Shown piece by piece: positions 44,275 to 53,506 of a stretch of 64,000 nt of DNA. How positions within the stretch are numbered: the stretch's first letter is position 1; each line of letters opens with the position of its first letter. The translations under genes were made by a program, and so were the position numbers. The DNA is from a virus: the IMG/VR virus record IMGVR_UViG_3300010383_000010, positions 241 to 64,240 of that record, one strand, 5' to 3'. The notes below the pieces were generated by a model. The model saw only the letters and a list, made by a program, of their open reading frames with translations. It did no database searches and was not told where the DNA came from.

Positions 44275-44399
44275 TCCTTCTTCCCCGCTGATGCGTAGGA
44301 AAGGGCGAGGTCTTTTGGTGTGGTGGTGGGTGTGCTGTTGTCAGGCTGCAAGGCGGGTGTCCTCGGTGGTGTGGGTGGTCAGGTGAAACAGGGCGCCCG

Positions 44400-44738
44400 T
44401 TAGAATGGGGCGTCTTGGTTGCGCACCAATTCCCGCATATGCCGCGACGTTCCGTCGAACACCGTCTTCCACAGCATCTTACGCTCCAGTTCATCCATGT
44501 CCGCCATGTCGGTTTTGCCAAGCTCGGCGCAGTAGTTGCCGGCGTCCTCGTCAACCATTTCTAGCGCCTTAAGCTTGTATGCGTCGGGCCGCTTTGCGCG
44601 GCGGATATCTTCAGCAAGCATTGAGCAATCCGCGCATAGCCATTTGGGGTCCGTGTCTTTGTAGGAGGTGAAGCCTATGCCTACGCCAACCGCGCGCTGG
44701 GAGCACCAGTGGCAGGTGGTGGGTGTATATTCATCCAT
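44400..44738 (-). CDS. DUF6511-like zinc-binding protein
   Basis: CHWC..LCADC..AGNYCAELGKTDMA..APF. Confidence 0.65.
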   Translation of the reverse strand: MDEYTPTTCHWCSQRAVGVGIGFTSYKDTDPKWLCADCSMLAEDIRRAKRPDAYKLKALEMVDEDAGNYCAELGKTDMADMDELERKMLWKTVFDGTSRHMRELVRNQDAPF

Positions 44739-44855
44739 TGGCGCGCTCCTTGTGCTCACGGATGCGAAAACCAAACCCGCCCTTACCGGCCATGATTCCG
44801 CCGTCCGTCTGCCCGCTTGTCCTGGTCGGCGAAGTGCCCATAGATTTGCCGTCCT

Positions 44856-46568
44856 TCACCCCGCTGCCCCCCCCACCGTTGCCGCGGCGCCGCCGAATAA
44901 CGGTAGGTTATCGTTGTCGGCCTGCTTGATTGCCCTCGAGCGACGTGTAGCCGGCCCGGCGTTTGCTAGCCGCAACCGCTCGGCAATGTCAGCTTGATAT
45001 TCTTCCTCGCGCTCAATCAGGATGCATCGCATTCCCTCGCGCCACGCAGCCTCGCCCGTGCTGCCGCTGCCGGCGAATGGATCCAGCACAAGTCCGCCCT
45101 TCGGCGTTACAAGCCGCACCAACCATTGCATCAGGTCGACAGGCTTGACGGTCGGATGCTTGCTGCCAATCCGGTCCATCTTGTCGGCTTTGGCCGTATA
45201 GAAGAAGCGGGCGGCTGAGCCGGAGTCGGCATAGCTTGGCATCTGCACCATGGAGCCAAAGCCTTCATGCGCGATACCTTGCTGGCCAGACTTGCCATTA
45301 CTGACCGCGCCGTCTCGATCAGGAAACGCCGCCACAACCTCGTCGCTGCCGTCGTGTACGATGTTGGCGGGCCAGCGGCCGAGAGGTGACGCCTCGGTTT
45401 TCACACCTTCGACAGAACCGTGTTCACGCCAAATGCCGCTAACATTGTTCCGCGAACAATTGGCCGCGTGATCTTCCCCGGCTTCTACCCGGCATCCATC
45501 CACATTAATTGCACCCGTGCCGTGCTCAAGCACGTTCTCGGCTACCGTACCGACGAGCGGCTTGCGGGCGAGGCAAATGGGTTCCCATGCCGGCTTGAGC
45601 GCTGTTCCTATGCCGTCAGGAATAATTGGTTTGCCGCACCTTCCGCAATTCGGCCATGCTCCGCCATCTTGTGACTGCGATTGTCCGGCCACAGTTCCAG
45701 ATTTGATCTCTCGTTGTTCAGCGGCCTGTGGTCCACATGATGCACGACTTCTGTTCGTATTAGCGGACGGCCCACCCAATCCGCCATCACTCGACGGTGT
45801 TCCATCACGTATCCGTCCCGCCTCGCCATCGACAACAGATGACGCGGACACCTCACATATCGAACCGACACGTAATTCCCCCGACGCCTTCTTAGAGTCA
45901 CTCCGCCCTTCCATGCCGGATTCTCCGTCCCGAATTTCGGCGGAGGAAAGTTGCTCCCATCCGGCAGAGGATGTGCCTTGTTCCGGCACGCTCGACTGCA
46001 GAACTTTCCCGTGTTCTTTACCAGAGTGTTCGGTCTCCTGTACATCGGCGTTCCGCACAGATCGCAGGTCGTGTTGCAGAACCGATGCGGTTGCTTCGCA
46101 TCCCGCACACGCGCATCTAATACCGTCGAGTTTGCGGCTGACGTTATGGCTTTTGGGGAAGCCACTTCCATACAAATATCCAAGCTGATCCCTTATCTCA
46201 AACCCAGCATCCTCGATGGCAACCGCCATCCGGTGATAAGTGCGTGTCCCGCTAAAGGCCACGACATGCCCGCCGGGCTTCAGGATGCGCAGGCACTCGG
46301 CCCAAAACACCTCGCTAAAGGCAACCTCGCCGGTATCCCATTGCTTGCCCATGAAGCCGGCAGAGGCGCGACTGTAGACGTCGCCATCCTTGGTTGGCTT
46401 GGCGTTAGCTCCGCCGAAACGCTTCTGAATAGACACCAGCGCATAGGGCGGGTCCGTCACGATGCTATCGATTGAGCAGTCAGGCAAGCTGCGCAATACG
46501 TCGCGGTTGTCGCCGCCGTATAGCGTGACCTTGCCGTCGAGGTGTTCAGTTTTTGTAAATTCGCCCAT
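44856..46568 (-). CDS. N4/N6 DNA methyltransferase (beta class) with about 170-aa insertion
   Basis: GDNRDVL, IVTDPPY, LKPGG, YGSGFPKS, GTALKPAWEPI, HPTVKP..LVRLVTP.GGLVLDPFAGSGSTG. Confidence 0.92.
   Translation of the reverse strand: MGEFTKTEHLDGKVTLYGGDNRDVLRSLPDCSIDSIVTDPPYALVSIQKRFGGANAKPTKDGDVYSRASAGFMGKQWDTGEVAFSEVFWAECLRILKPGGHVVAFSGTRTYHRMAVAIEDAGFEIRDQLGYLYGSGFPKSHNVSRKLDGIRCACAGCEATASVLQHDLRSVRNADVQETEHSGKEHGKVLQSSVPEQGTSSAGWEQLSSAEIRDGESGMEGRSDSKKASGELRVGSICEVSASSVVDGEAGRIRDGTPSSDGGLGGPSANTNRSRASCGPQAAEQREIKSGTVAGQSQSQDGGAWPNCGRCGKPIIPDGIGTALKPAWEPICLARKPLVGTVAENVLEHGTGAINVDGCRVEAGEDHAANCSRNNVSGIWREHGSVEGVKTEASPLGRWPANIVHDGSDEVVAAFPDRDGAVSNGKSGQQGIAHEGFGSMVQMPSYADSGSAARFFYTAKADKMDRIGSKHPTVKPVDLMQWLVRLVTPKGGLVLDPFAGSGSTGEAAWREGMRCILIEREEEYQADIAERLRLANAGPATRRSRAIKQADNDNLPLFGGAAATVGGAAG
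45608..46171 (-). CDS. HNH endonuclease nested in another frame inside the methyltransferase
   Basis: CDLC, KFCSRAC, GTENPAWKGG, YVMEHRRVMA..GRPL..EVVHHVDHRPLNNERSNLELW; start uncertain. Confidence 0.85.
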   Translation of the reverse strand: MEVASPKAITSAANSTVLDARVRDAKQPHRFCNTTCDLCGTPMYRRPNTLVKNTGKFCSRACRNKAHPLPDGSNFPPPKFGTENPAWKGGVTLRRRRGNYVSVRYVRCPRHLLSMARRDGYVMEHRRVMADWVGRPLIRTEVVHHVDHRPLNNERSNLELWPDNRSHKMAEHGRIAEGAANQLFLTA

Positions 46569-46569
46569 C

Positions 46570-47079
46570 CTAAGCCACCCTCACCGTAACCGTATCCTCA
46601 CCCGTCTTAAGCACCGCACCGGGCACATTGTCGTTTGCCAAAACAGCCAATAGCGCTTTCTTATCCGGCACGCGCTCGATGCGCACATAGGCGTCGGGCA
46701 ACTTCGTGGCGTCCTGCACGTCGACGCTATCGCGACCTTTGCTAATGCTAATGGTGGCTTCCACCAAGCTTGCTTTGGGCAAGCCGGCCGCCTTTAGGAC
46801 GCGCAGCATAAAAACACGCATGGCTTCCTTCTTGCGTTCGGCGCGCGCTTTGCGGCTGGACAGGTCCGCCATGCGGGCCGCTATGGCTTTGCCCATGCTA
46901 TCGGCGTCGCGCTCCTGGTTGAGGATGCGCGTCAGTACGTCGAAAGCCGCGGTGCTGCCTTCCAGCATGTCTTTGCGGAGGTCGGCATCCTCGGCAAGCT
47001 CTGGATAGGCCGCGAACAGGGAGTCGATGTCGGCCAGAACGTTGGCGACGTCGGCTTGGAGGTAGTTGGGGTTAGACAT
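46570..47079 (-). CDS. Siphovirus Gp157-family protein
   Basis: Coiled coil then LPDAYVRIERVPDKKAL..VPGA. Confidence 0.82.
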   Translation of the reverse strand: MSNPNYLQADVANVLADIDSLFAAYPELAEDADLRKDMLEGSTAAFDVLTRILNQERDADSMGKAIAARMADLSSRKARAERKKEAMRVFMLRVLKAAGLPKASLVEATISISKGRDSVDVQDATKLPDAYVRIERVPDKKALLAVLANDNVPGAVLKTGEDTVTVRVA

Positions 47080-47687
47080 TATGCGGCCCTCCGCTTTGCT
47101 TCTTTAAGTTCGCGCTGCGCAACGATAAGCTCCCATTCCTCTTTCAGGATTGGCCGCGCACCATCGAACTCAGGCCGGAAGTTTTTGCACTCATCATTGA
47201 CTGTATATCCGCGCGCTTCATAGTCCGCGACTTGCTTGGCAATATCCGGTACGTAGAGCGCAAACGGTCCATCCGGCGACAAGTACAGAAAGCCGCATCC
47301 AGAAGCGATGCCGCTGCTGGTCCCGGTCATGCCGTCACAATCTTCGGCCTTGTACCGAAGCGTTGTCGGCACGCCCAACAACTTAGCCAGTTCGTACCCA
47401 CGCTTGTCGTATCCGGCGTTCGCTTCAAACTTCTGCGCCCACTCTGTTTTAGCTTTTGGCGTGCTGTATCCGTGGCGGTTTGGCTTTTTAAAGTCCTGGT
47501 GCGGCCGCCCCTCAAACACAACGCCGCAAACAGTTCCGTCCAGAATGGATTCAAAGTACCGAGTTACACCAAGCGGCTCGATAAGTTTAATGTTGCGCGC
47601 TACCGTTGCCTCACGGTCGGCAACGTGCTTGTGCGCAAGCTCAAGCGTCTTGCCGCCCTCAACCAGAAAATATAGATATTCGGTCAT
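47079..47687 (-). CDS. Hypothetical protein (202 aa)
   Basis: GGAGG RBS, coupled to Gp157. Confidence 0.75.
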   Translation of the reverse strand: MTEYLYFLVEGGKTLELAHKHVADREATVARNIKLIEPLGVTRYFESILDGTVCGVVFEGRPHQDFKKPNRHGYSTPKAKTEWAQKFEANAGYDKRGYELAKLLGVPTTLRYKAEDCDGMTGTSSGIASGCGFLYLSPDGPFALYVPDIAKQVADYEARGYTVNDECKNFRPEFDGARPILKEEWELIVAQRELKEAKRRAA

Positions 47688-47764
47688 TTCTTATTCCTCC
47701 TACATCCTACGGCCAGTTGTGCCCCGCACAGCGCACCGTATACGTTATTGCGTATATCTGTGTT

Positions 47765-47938
47765 TTATGCGGCCTTGCGTATATTCCCCGCCACATACTC
47801 CCGCACAGCATCATCCTGCGCGCGGCCGATAGCGCCTTTTGGCACTATGATGTAGCCGGCGCGATTAAGCGCCTCGATTGCGCTAATGGCCTTCTCGCCG
47901 TCCAGTTCGTCGGTCAAAATGCTAAAAGGGGATCTCAT
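47765..47938 (-). CDS. Small hypothetical protein (57 aa)
   Basis: GGAG RBS, overlaps helicase end; AIEALNRAGYIIVPK. Confidence 0.5.
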   Translation of the reverse strand: MRSPFSILTDELDGEKAISAIEALNRAGYIIVPKGAIGRAQDDAVREYVAGNIRKAA

Positions 47939-49586
47939 CCAACTCGCTCCATTTTACGTTGCCTATGCCGCTGTCGTTATCATTCGCCGCCTGCGGCGCA
48001 TTATCGTTAGCGGCGTCACCTGCCCTATAGTTCTTAACCGTCCAGTATTTGCCATCCGGCGCGACGCTAATTTCCGCGGTATCGTTTAGCTCCCGCTGGC
48101 GCTCCAAAAACTGCAACACGGTTTTCGGGAATGGCCGCTGCCCGCCATGCGCATTCCAGAACCTGTCAGTCTTGCTCTTGAAGTACCCTTCGTGCTCCGG
48201 CCCCAGCCAATCCGAAATGCGCGTTAGGCCGCACATATATGTGACCTTCACGCTGTCTTTTTTTCCCGGCTTGCCTTGGTGGAAGTCGAAGCGGCGGCTG
48301 GTTACGGGACGCCATTCGGCGGCGCCCTTGCTCAATATGGGCAAATCCGCCGCAACAGCCTGAACCTTGACTTCCGGCTCCGGAAATTCATGGCCACACT
48401 CCACACATTGACGCGCCGCCGCATGGTTGATGCACTGGCATTCGGGACAGACACGGATTGGTGCCTCACCTTCGCCTTTGCCGGGCTTCTTGATTTGCAC
48501 ATCGTCGATTGGCCCAAGAGTCCGGACAACGTTTGCGAAATCGAGGATGAGACATGTATCTTTGCCGGGTGCCAGCCGAAGCCCCCTGCCGCACTGCTGG
48601 ATATACAATGCAGGCGACTTCGTTGGTCTCATCAGCGCGATAAGGTCGATGGCCGGATAATCGAAGCCGATCGATAGAACGTTGACGTTCGTCAGGCACT
48701 TGATGCGGCCGGCCTTGTAAGCCTCGATGACGCGGACTCGCTCGGCGGACGGCATTGAGCCTTCCACCATTTCGGCCACAACGCCCCTCCTGTTCATTTC
48801 GTCGCGGATTTCGGCCGCATGGTCCACACCAGCCGCAAACGCTATCCACGCCCGCCTGTCGCCGCCGTAGCGTATGATTTCGTCGACTGCAGCCTCGGTG
48901 ATTTCCGACTTGTTAACGGCGCGCTCCAACTCGCCCGCGATGTACTCTCCGCCCCGTGTGTGTACGCCAGAAACGTCAAACGTTGTCGCCGTGCCCTTGC
49001 TAACGGGCCGCGTTAGATAGCCCTCGTCAATAAGCTGCGCTATGCCGACTTCGTATGCGATGGATTTGAACAACGGATCCTCGCCGTCCGTTAGCATGCC
49101 CATATCCATCCGAAACGGCGTGCCCGACATGCCGAGAATGCGCATGTCGGGATTGATAGCGCGCAGCGCGTCGATAAACTGCCGATACATGGTCGTGCCC
49201 TTCGGGCTAACCAGGTGCGACTCGTCGATAATCAGGCAGTCCGTCCAGCCAATGCGTTCGGCCTGCGCATAAACCGACTGGATGGAGCAAAACAGGATTT
49301 GTGCCCGCGTCGAGCGTTGCCCGAGCGCCGCGCTATTAATACCAGCGGGAGCAAACGGCCAGGTTCGCAGCATGGCCTCAAAGTTTTGCTTCACAAGCTC
49401 CCGCGTATGCACGGCGCACACAAAGCGCGCCTCCGGGTATTTGGCGATAACCCGCTGGATGAAACCCGCCTGCATAAGCGTCTTGCCGGCACCAACCGAC
49501 GCGACGAGAAGCGTGGAGTCGACGCGCTCCAATTCGGCGTCGACCGCTTCTATCGCGGCTGATTGATAAGGCCTCAATTCCAACAT
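47922..49586 (-). CDS. SF2 DEAD/DEAH-like helicase with C-terminal Zn finger
   Basis: LRPYQ, SVGAGKT, IIDESH, SGTP, QQCGRGLR, CPEC..CVEC. Confidence 0.92.
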   Translation of the reverse strand: MLELRPYQSAAIEAVDAELERVDSTLLVASVGAGKTLMQAGFIQRVIAKYPEARFVCAVHTRELVKQNFEAMLRTWPFAPAGINSAALGQRSTRAQILFCSIQSVYAQAERIGWTDCLIIDESHLVSPKGTTMYRQFIDALRAINPDMRILGMSGTPFRMDMGMLTDGEDPLFKSIAYEVGIAQLIDEGYLTRPVSKGTATTFDVSGVHTRGGEYIAGELERAVNKSEITEAAVDEIIRYGGDRRAWIAFAAGVDHAAEIRDEMNRRGVVAEMVEGSMPSAERVRVIEAYKAGRIKCLTNVNVLSIGFDYPAIDLIALMRPTKSPALYIQQCGRGLRLAPGKDTCLILDFANVVRTLGPIDDVQIKKPGKGEGEAPIRVCPECQCINHAAARQCVECGHEFPEPEVKVQAVAADLPILSKGAAEWRPVTSRRFDFHQGKPGKKDSVKVTYMCGLTRISDWLGPEHEGYFKSKTDRFWNAHGGQRPFPKTVLQFLERQRELNDTAEISVAPDGKYWTVKNYRAGDAANDNAPQAANDNDSGIGNVKWSELDEIPF

Positions 49587-49588
49587 GC

Positions 49589-50263
49589 TTAGGCCACCTC
49601 ACCCATAGCCGCCCGCAACTTCTCGCGTGCTCGTGCCTCAATCTGGCGGACGCGTTCGCGCGTGATGCCCCATTCATCGCCAATGTCGTGCAACTCGTCC
49701 CCCATGGCGCGGCGCAGAAGCACGGTTTTACCGCGCCCTTCCATGCGCTCCAGCGCTTGCGAAAGCTCGACGATGTTGTCCTGGCGGGGCGGCTCGCCAA
49801 CTCTATCTATAACGGTACTTTGAGCGCCCCCGTCGCCATCCGAACTATAGCTTATGGCGCTTACACTGCGCTGCCTGCGCATGTGCTTCACCCGCTCGCG
49901 CATTTGGAATGCTAGCCATGCTGGGAAACTACCTGATGGATTGAAGGTTCTGCGCCTGGCGACCGAAACGGCAACAGTCTCGTTTACAAGGTCTTCCCTG
50001 TCCTGCGCGCGACGCTCCATGCGTCGGGCAATCTTTCTTAAAAAGGGCAGCCAATCGACGAGACGCTTATTAAAGTCCTCAATTCCCTCTTCATTCTGGT
50101 ACGGTACGTTACCGGTCCCGCCTAACGGGAAATCGGACACAAGAGAGGGATTACGATTGTAGTAACCCGTCACCGCCTGCCGCGTGATGCCAAGCTTTGC
50201 CCCAAGAGTGCGCGCGGTGTCTTCGGGAGACCAAGTCTTTTTGATTTTCTCAACGTAGCCCAT
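49589..50263 (-). CDS. Sigma70-family sigma factor (regions 2 and 4) with GcrA-like N-terminal HTH
   Basis: Region 2 LRKIARR..REDLVNE..SFPAWL; region 4 LHDIGDEWGITRERVRQIEARA; N-terminal LGITRQAVTGYYNR. Confidence 0.8.
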   Translation of the reverse strand: MGYVEKIKKTWSPEDTARTLGAKLGITRQAVTGYYNRNPSLVSDFPLGGTGNVPYQNEEGIEDFNKRLVDWLPFLRKIARRMERRAQDREDLVNETVAVSVARRRTFNPSGSFPAWLAFQMRERVKHMRRQRSVSAISYSSDGDGGAQSTVIDRVGEPPRQDNIVELSQALERMEGRGKTVLLRRAMGDELHDIGDEWGITRERVRQIEARAREKLRAAMGEVA

Positions 50264-51222
50264 TACGCGGCCTCCTTATCCGCAGTTGCCCCATCCACCC
50301 ACACGCGCCCATCACGCATACGGTACGTCACGGTTTCGGCTTCCTCGTCGACGTCTATCTGTTCGCCGTCCACCAGTCCCGGTAGCGTCAAATGGGCGGG
50401 GCACCCAGCCGCCTGCTCTTCGGCAGACAGCGGTTTATTGAAGCGCCCACAAGACCACGCCCCGCCCTCCTCCGGCGACGAATAGAGGCACGTCCTGCAG
50501 TTTACCCGCGCGGGCCGCCCTTCGTGACAGATTGCCCGATGCTTGCACCAGCCGCAGGCGAACGCCATCTTGGCGGTCGGATCTTCGTGCAACTTGGCGG
50601 GTGGCTCGCTACTATCGATAATCCGTTGTGCCCGCGCCAGAAGCCGTACGACATATTCCGTGTCCAGCGTTAGCCGCTCCGCATAAAGCTCGTCGTTATC
50701 CTTGCATACGGCAAGATAGATTCCGCGGTCACGCCCGCGCTGGTACATATATGTCTGGATCTGTCCAAAATGATGCGGCTTGCTTTTGCGAACACCATCC
50801 TTCTTTAGCGCGGTGAAGCTCTTCAGGTTGTGCGACTTGATTTCCCCGACATGCCAAGTACGCGGCGCCTCCGGCAAGCCAAGGATTTCCGAGTCCATAT
50901 AGCCGCGCACATGCCCGCCGCAAGCCGTCACCATTATCTGCTTGCCGCCATCGTCGAGGTCGACCACTTCGCAGCCGATCATGCGCAGGTTTTCAATCCA
51001 GCGGGTTTCTTCCACCGTTCCGGTTTCGAAGATGCGCAGCGTGCGGCCAGGTATGTGTTCGTGGTCGGTTGCCCAGCGGAACTCATACCAAAGCTTGCGC
51101 TCGCACTCCTCCGCCAGTTGGCTAACCGGTATGCTGCGGCCATCACGCGGCTTATTGTTCGCCTCATAGGCCGCGTAGATAGCCCCGACCGTCGTGGCTG
51201 TGCGCTGGGGGATGGCGACCAT
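50263..51222 (-). CDS. Cas4/RecB-like PD-(D/E)XK exonuclease
   Basis: EECERKLWYEFRW, GYMDS, VGEIKS, QIQTYM, CGWC..IC. Confidence 0.82.
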   Translation of the reverse strand: MVAIPQRTATTVGAIYAAYEANNKPRDGRSIPVSQLAEECERKLWYEFRWATDHEHIPGRTLRIFETGTVEETRWIENLRMIGCEVVDLDDGGKQIMVTACGGHVRGYMDSEILGLPEAPRTWHVGEIKSHNLKSFTALKKDGVRKSKPHHFGQIQTYMYQRGRDRGIYLAVCKDNDELYAERLTLDTEYVVRLLARAQRIIDSSEPPAKLHEDPTAKMAFACGWCKHRAICHEGRPARVNCRTCLYSSPEEGGAWSCGRFNKPLSAEEQAAGCPAHLTLPGLVDGEQIDVDEEAETVTYRMRDGRVWVDGATADKEAA

Positions 51223-51503
51223 TAGGAGGCTTCTGCGAAAAGCGGTGCCGTCTTAAGGGCGGAAGCGTGACCGCGAACGTCACCGTCCATCTTGCGCGTC
51301 GTCCAAATCTCCTTCCCGTCGCGCGTTACGGGGTGCATCTCGCAGACGTCAAATGTCACGTCGTCCACCTCGTCAGGCTCGATATCAAAGTTGTCTGAAT
51401 TGATTTCACGCTCGATTGCGGCCTCCGCCTCCTCTTGCGAGGAGGCGTGGACACACTTGGATGCCCGGCCGCTAAAGTGATATGACACAATGAACTTGCG
51501 CAT
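51222..51503 (-). CDS. Hypothetical protein
   Basis: Operon position. Confidence 0.6.
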   Translation of the reverse strand: MRKFIVSYHFSGRASKCVHASSQEEAEAAIEREINSDNFDIEPDEVDDVTFDVCEMHPVTRDGKEIWTTRKMDGDVRGHASALKTAPLFAEAS

Positions 51504-51505
51504 AA

Positions 51506-52558
51506 TTACACCCGCATCGGCATGAGGACGCAAAGCAGCCCCTCCGCTGCCTTGCTGGTAAACAGCGTCGGGCTACCGGAATCAGCCAATGCCATCGTCA
51601 CATCGCCCGCTGGAAACTGCGCGACAAGCTCGGTGAGGTAGGACGCATTGAAGCCAATCTCGATCGGCTCGCCGTCATATGCGATTGCGATTTCTTCCGT
51701 AGCGCTGCCGGAATCCGGATTGCTGACTTCAAGCGTTGCCTGGTTGTCGGCAAAGGTAAGCTTCACGGCGCGGCCACGTTCGGACGAAACCACGGAAACA
51801 CGCTCGGCGGCCTGTTTCATGGCCGGAACGTCGAACGTCACCAGTTTGTCGTTGCCGCTCGGAATGACGCGCTGATAATCGGGGAACGTGCCGTCGATTA
51901 GTTTGGACGTAATAACGGTATCGCCGGAAACAAACTGGATCTTGGTGGCGGACAGTCGCACGGAGACAGCGCCCTTCGGTACGATGCCGACCGTCTTGCG
52001 CGGGATGATGATGCCGTCGAAACCGCCGCCGTGTTCCGGCCCATAATTGCGCGCCAGCCGATGACCGTCCGTTGCAACCGCCGTAAGCTGGCCGTCCAGA
52101 ACGTGCAGATAAATGCCGTTCAGGTAATAGCGAGTTTCCTCCGTTGAGACGGCGAAGTGGCACGGCGCGAACAGGGCGGACAAATCCGCCTCAAACTCCG
52201 CCGACCAATCGCCCGTCGCCATAGTCGGAAAGTCGTCGATTGGAAGCGTCGGCAGGCTAAACCGGCTGCGACCCGCCTTGATGGTCGCGGTGTTGTCGGA
52301 CGTGGTGATTTCCACCATATCGCCGGCCAGCTTATTGACGATGCCGGTAAGCAAGCGCGCGTCGATGCAGACCGACAGTGCGCCTTCGGCCGGGGCGCTT
52401 CCGGTCACTTCGATATCGAGGTCGGTTGCAGTTGCGGTTAGCCTACCGCCGTCCGCCACAAGGCGCACGGTCGACAGGATCGGAATTGTATTGCGGCTTT
52501 CGACAACCTTGGTTGTGGCCGCCAGAAGGCGTGCGAGGTCATGGCGCTGGATGCGCAT
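51506..52558 (-). CDS. dnaN: DNA polymerase III beta subunit (sliding clamp)
   Basis: TIPILS..ATDLDI, EETRYYLNG, ATDGHRL, LIDGTFPDYQRVIP, IGFNASYL, LMPMRV. Confidence 0.93.
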   Translation of the reverse strand: MRIQRHDLARLLAATTKVVESRNTIPILSTVRLVADGGRLTATATDLDIEVTGSAPAEGALSVCIDARLLTGIVNKLAGDMVEITTSDNTATIKAGRSRFSLPTLPIDDFPTMATGDWSAEFEADLSALFAPCHFAVSTEETRYYLNGIYLHVLDGQLTAVATDGHRLARNYGPEHGGGFDGIIIPRKTVGIVPKGAVSVRLSATKIQFVSGDTVITSKLIDGTFPDYQRVIPSGNDKLVTFDVPAMKQAAERVSVVSSERGRAVKLTFADNQATLEVSNPDSGSATEEIAIAYDGEPIEIGFNASYLTELVAQFPAGDVTMALADSGSPTLFTSKAAEGLLCVLMPMRV

Positions 52559-52627
52559 GTGGTGGCTCCTTGGTTGTGTGGTGGGTGGCCGTGGCTGTTG
52601 GAAGCAACCACGGCCTGTGTCGGTGGG

Positions 52628-53047
52628 TTAGGCCGCTTGTTTCTTCGCTTTATCGCGTTCGTGGAACGCTTCTGCCCACGCTACAAGAACGTCAACCATA
52701 GACGCCTCGTTTGGCGCGTAAAGCCATTCAGTATGATAATAGCCCCACGAAAAACTAGTAGTGCTCCCTGTCCCAATCGGCTCCATAACGGGCGTTGCGG
52801 CGTTAAAGATAAATCCGCCGCGGTTAAGCAAAATCTCCGCAACCTGCCACACCTCTGGATAGTCGCCATCAGAGTACCGCCTTAGTTCGGGAAGGGCGAT
52901 ATAAAGCTGCGCGTTGTCTCGTTGCGGAAGGTCTTCCACGAAATCAGTGAAGTCTTCCGAGGGACAATCGGCCTCGCCAAGAGCCGGAATATAAATCAGC
53001 GTATCAATGCGCGCCGTGGCATCAAAAATTCTCTCGGCGGTTTCCAT
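52628..53047 (-). CDS. Hypothetical protein
   Basis: AGGA RBS, TAATG coupling. Confidence 0.7.
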   Translation of the reverse strand: METAERIFDATARIDTLIYIPALGEADCPSEDFTDFVEDLPQRDNAQLYIALPELRRYSDGDYPEVWQVAEILLNRGGFIFNAATPVMEPIGTGSTTSFSWGYYHTEWLYAPNEASMVDVLVAWAEAFHERDKAKKQAA

Positions 53048-53448
53048 TACGCAGTTTCCTCTTCTAGTTTGACGTACGCACCGTCACGCACGTGGCCAAA
53101 ACTCCAGGTCTTGCCGGGATAGTCCTTTAGCCAGTCAGACACGGCCTGTTCGATGGCATTCCCGAGGATGCGATGCGCGTTCTTGACGTGCGCCCAAGGG
53201 TCGTCGGGACCGTTTTCGCCAAAGCATTCTTCGTTGTTTTCGCAAAGATCCTCCATGATGAGTTCCGCAAAGCGCTCGCCGTCGATGTTGGCCGCCATGA
53301 CGCTCTTGTCCGCTTCACAGACATAGAAGTCCTCATCATAAGAATCGCGGCCTTCCGCGATGGCTTCTTCCTTGCTGTCGAACGGACCGCTGAAGCTTTC
53401 CGCATCCTCGGCATAACCATGCCACCACTTATAATTCTTGTCGCCCAT
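53047..53448 (-). CDS. Hypothetical acidic protein
   Basis: GGAGG RBS; GPFDSKEEAIAEG. Confidence 0.7.
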   Translation of the reverse strand: MGDKNYKWWHGYAEDAESFSGPFDSKEEAIAEGRDSYDEDFYVCEADKSVMAANIDGERFAELIMEDLCENNEECFGENGPDDPWAHVKNAHRILGNAIEQAVSDWLKDYPGKTWSFGHVRDGAYVKLEEETA

Positions 53449-53506
53449 CTCAATCCTCCATCCTTACGGATGGCCAGTTGCCCACGCAACCAGCCGCCCG
53501 GTTGCG

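Noticed and set aside
44281-44395. CA-rich low-complexity intergenic tracts (also about 2595, 52560, 55535, 57440)
   Set aside because: No fixed consensus; most simply unstructured leaders before ribosome-binding sites
45608-46171. Intein or group I intron as the cause of the MTase insertion
   Set aside because: No C-terminal His-Asn plus nucleophile junction or Hint motifs; no intron core recognised by eye; the endonuclease is in a different frame from the host protein
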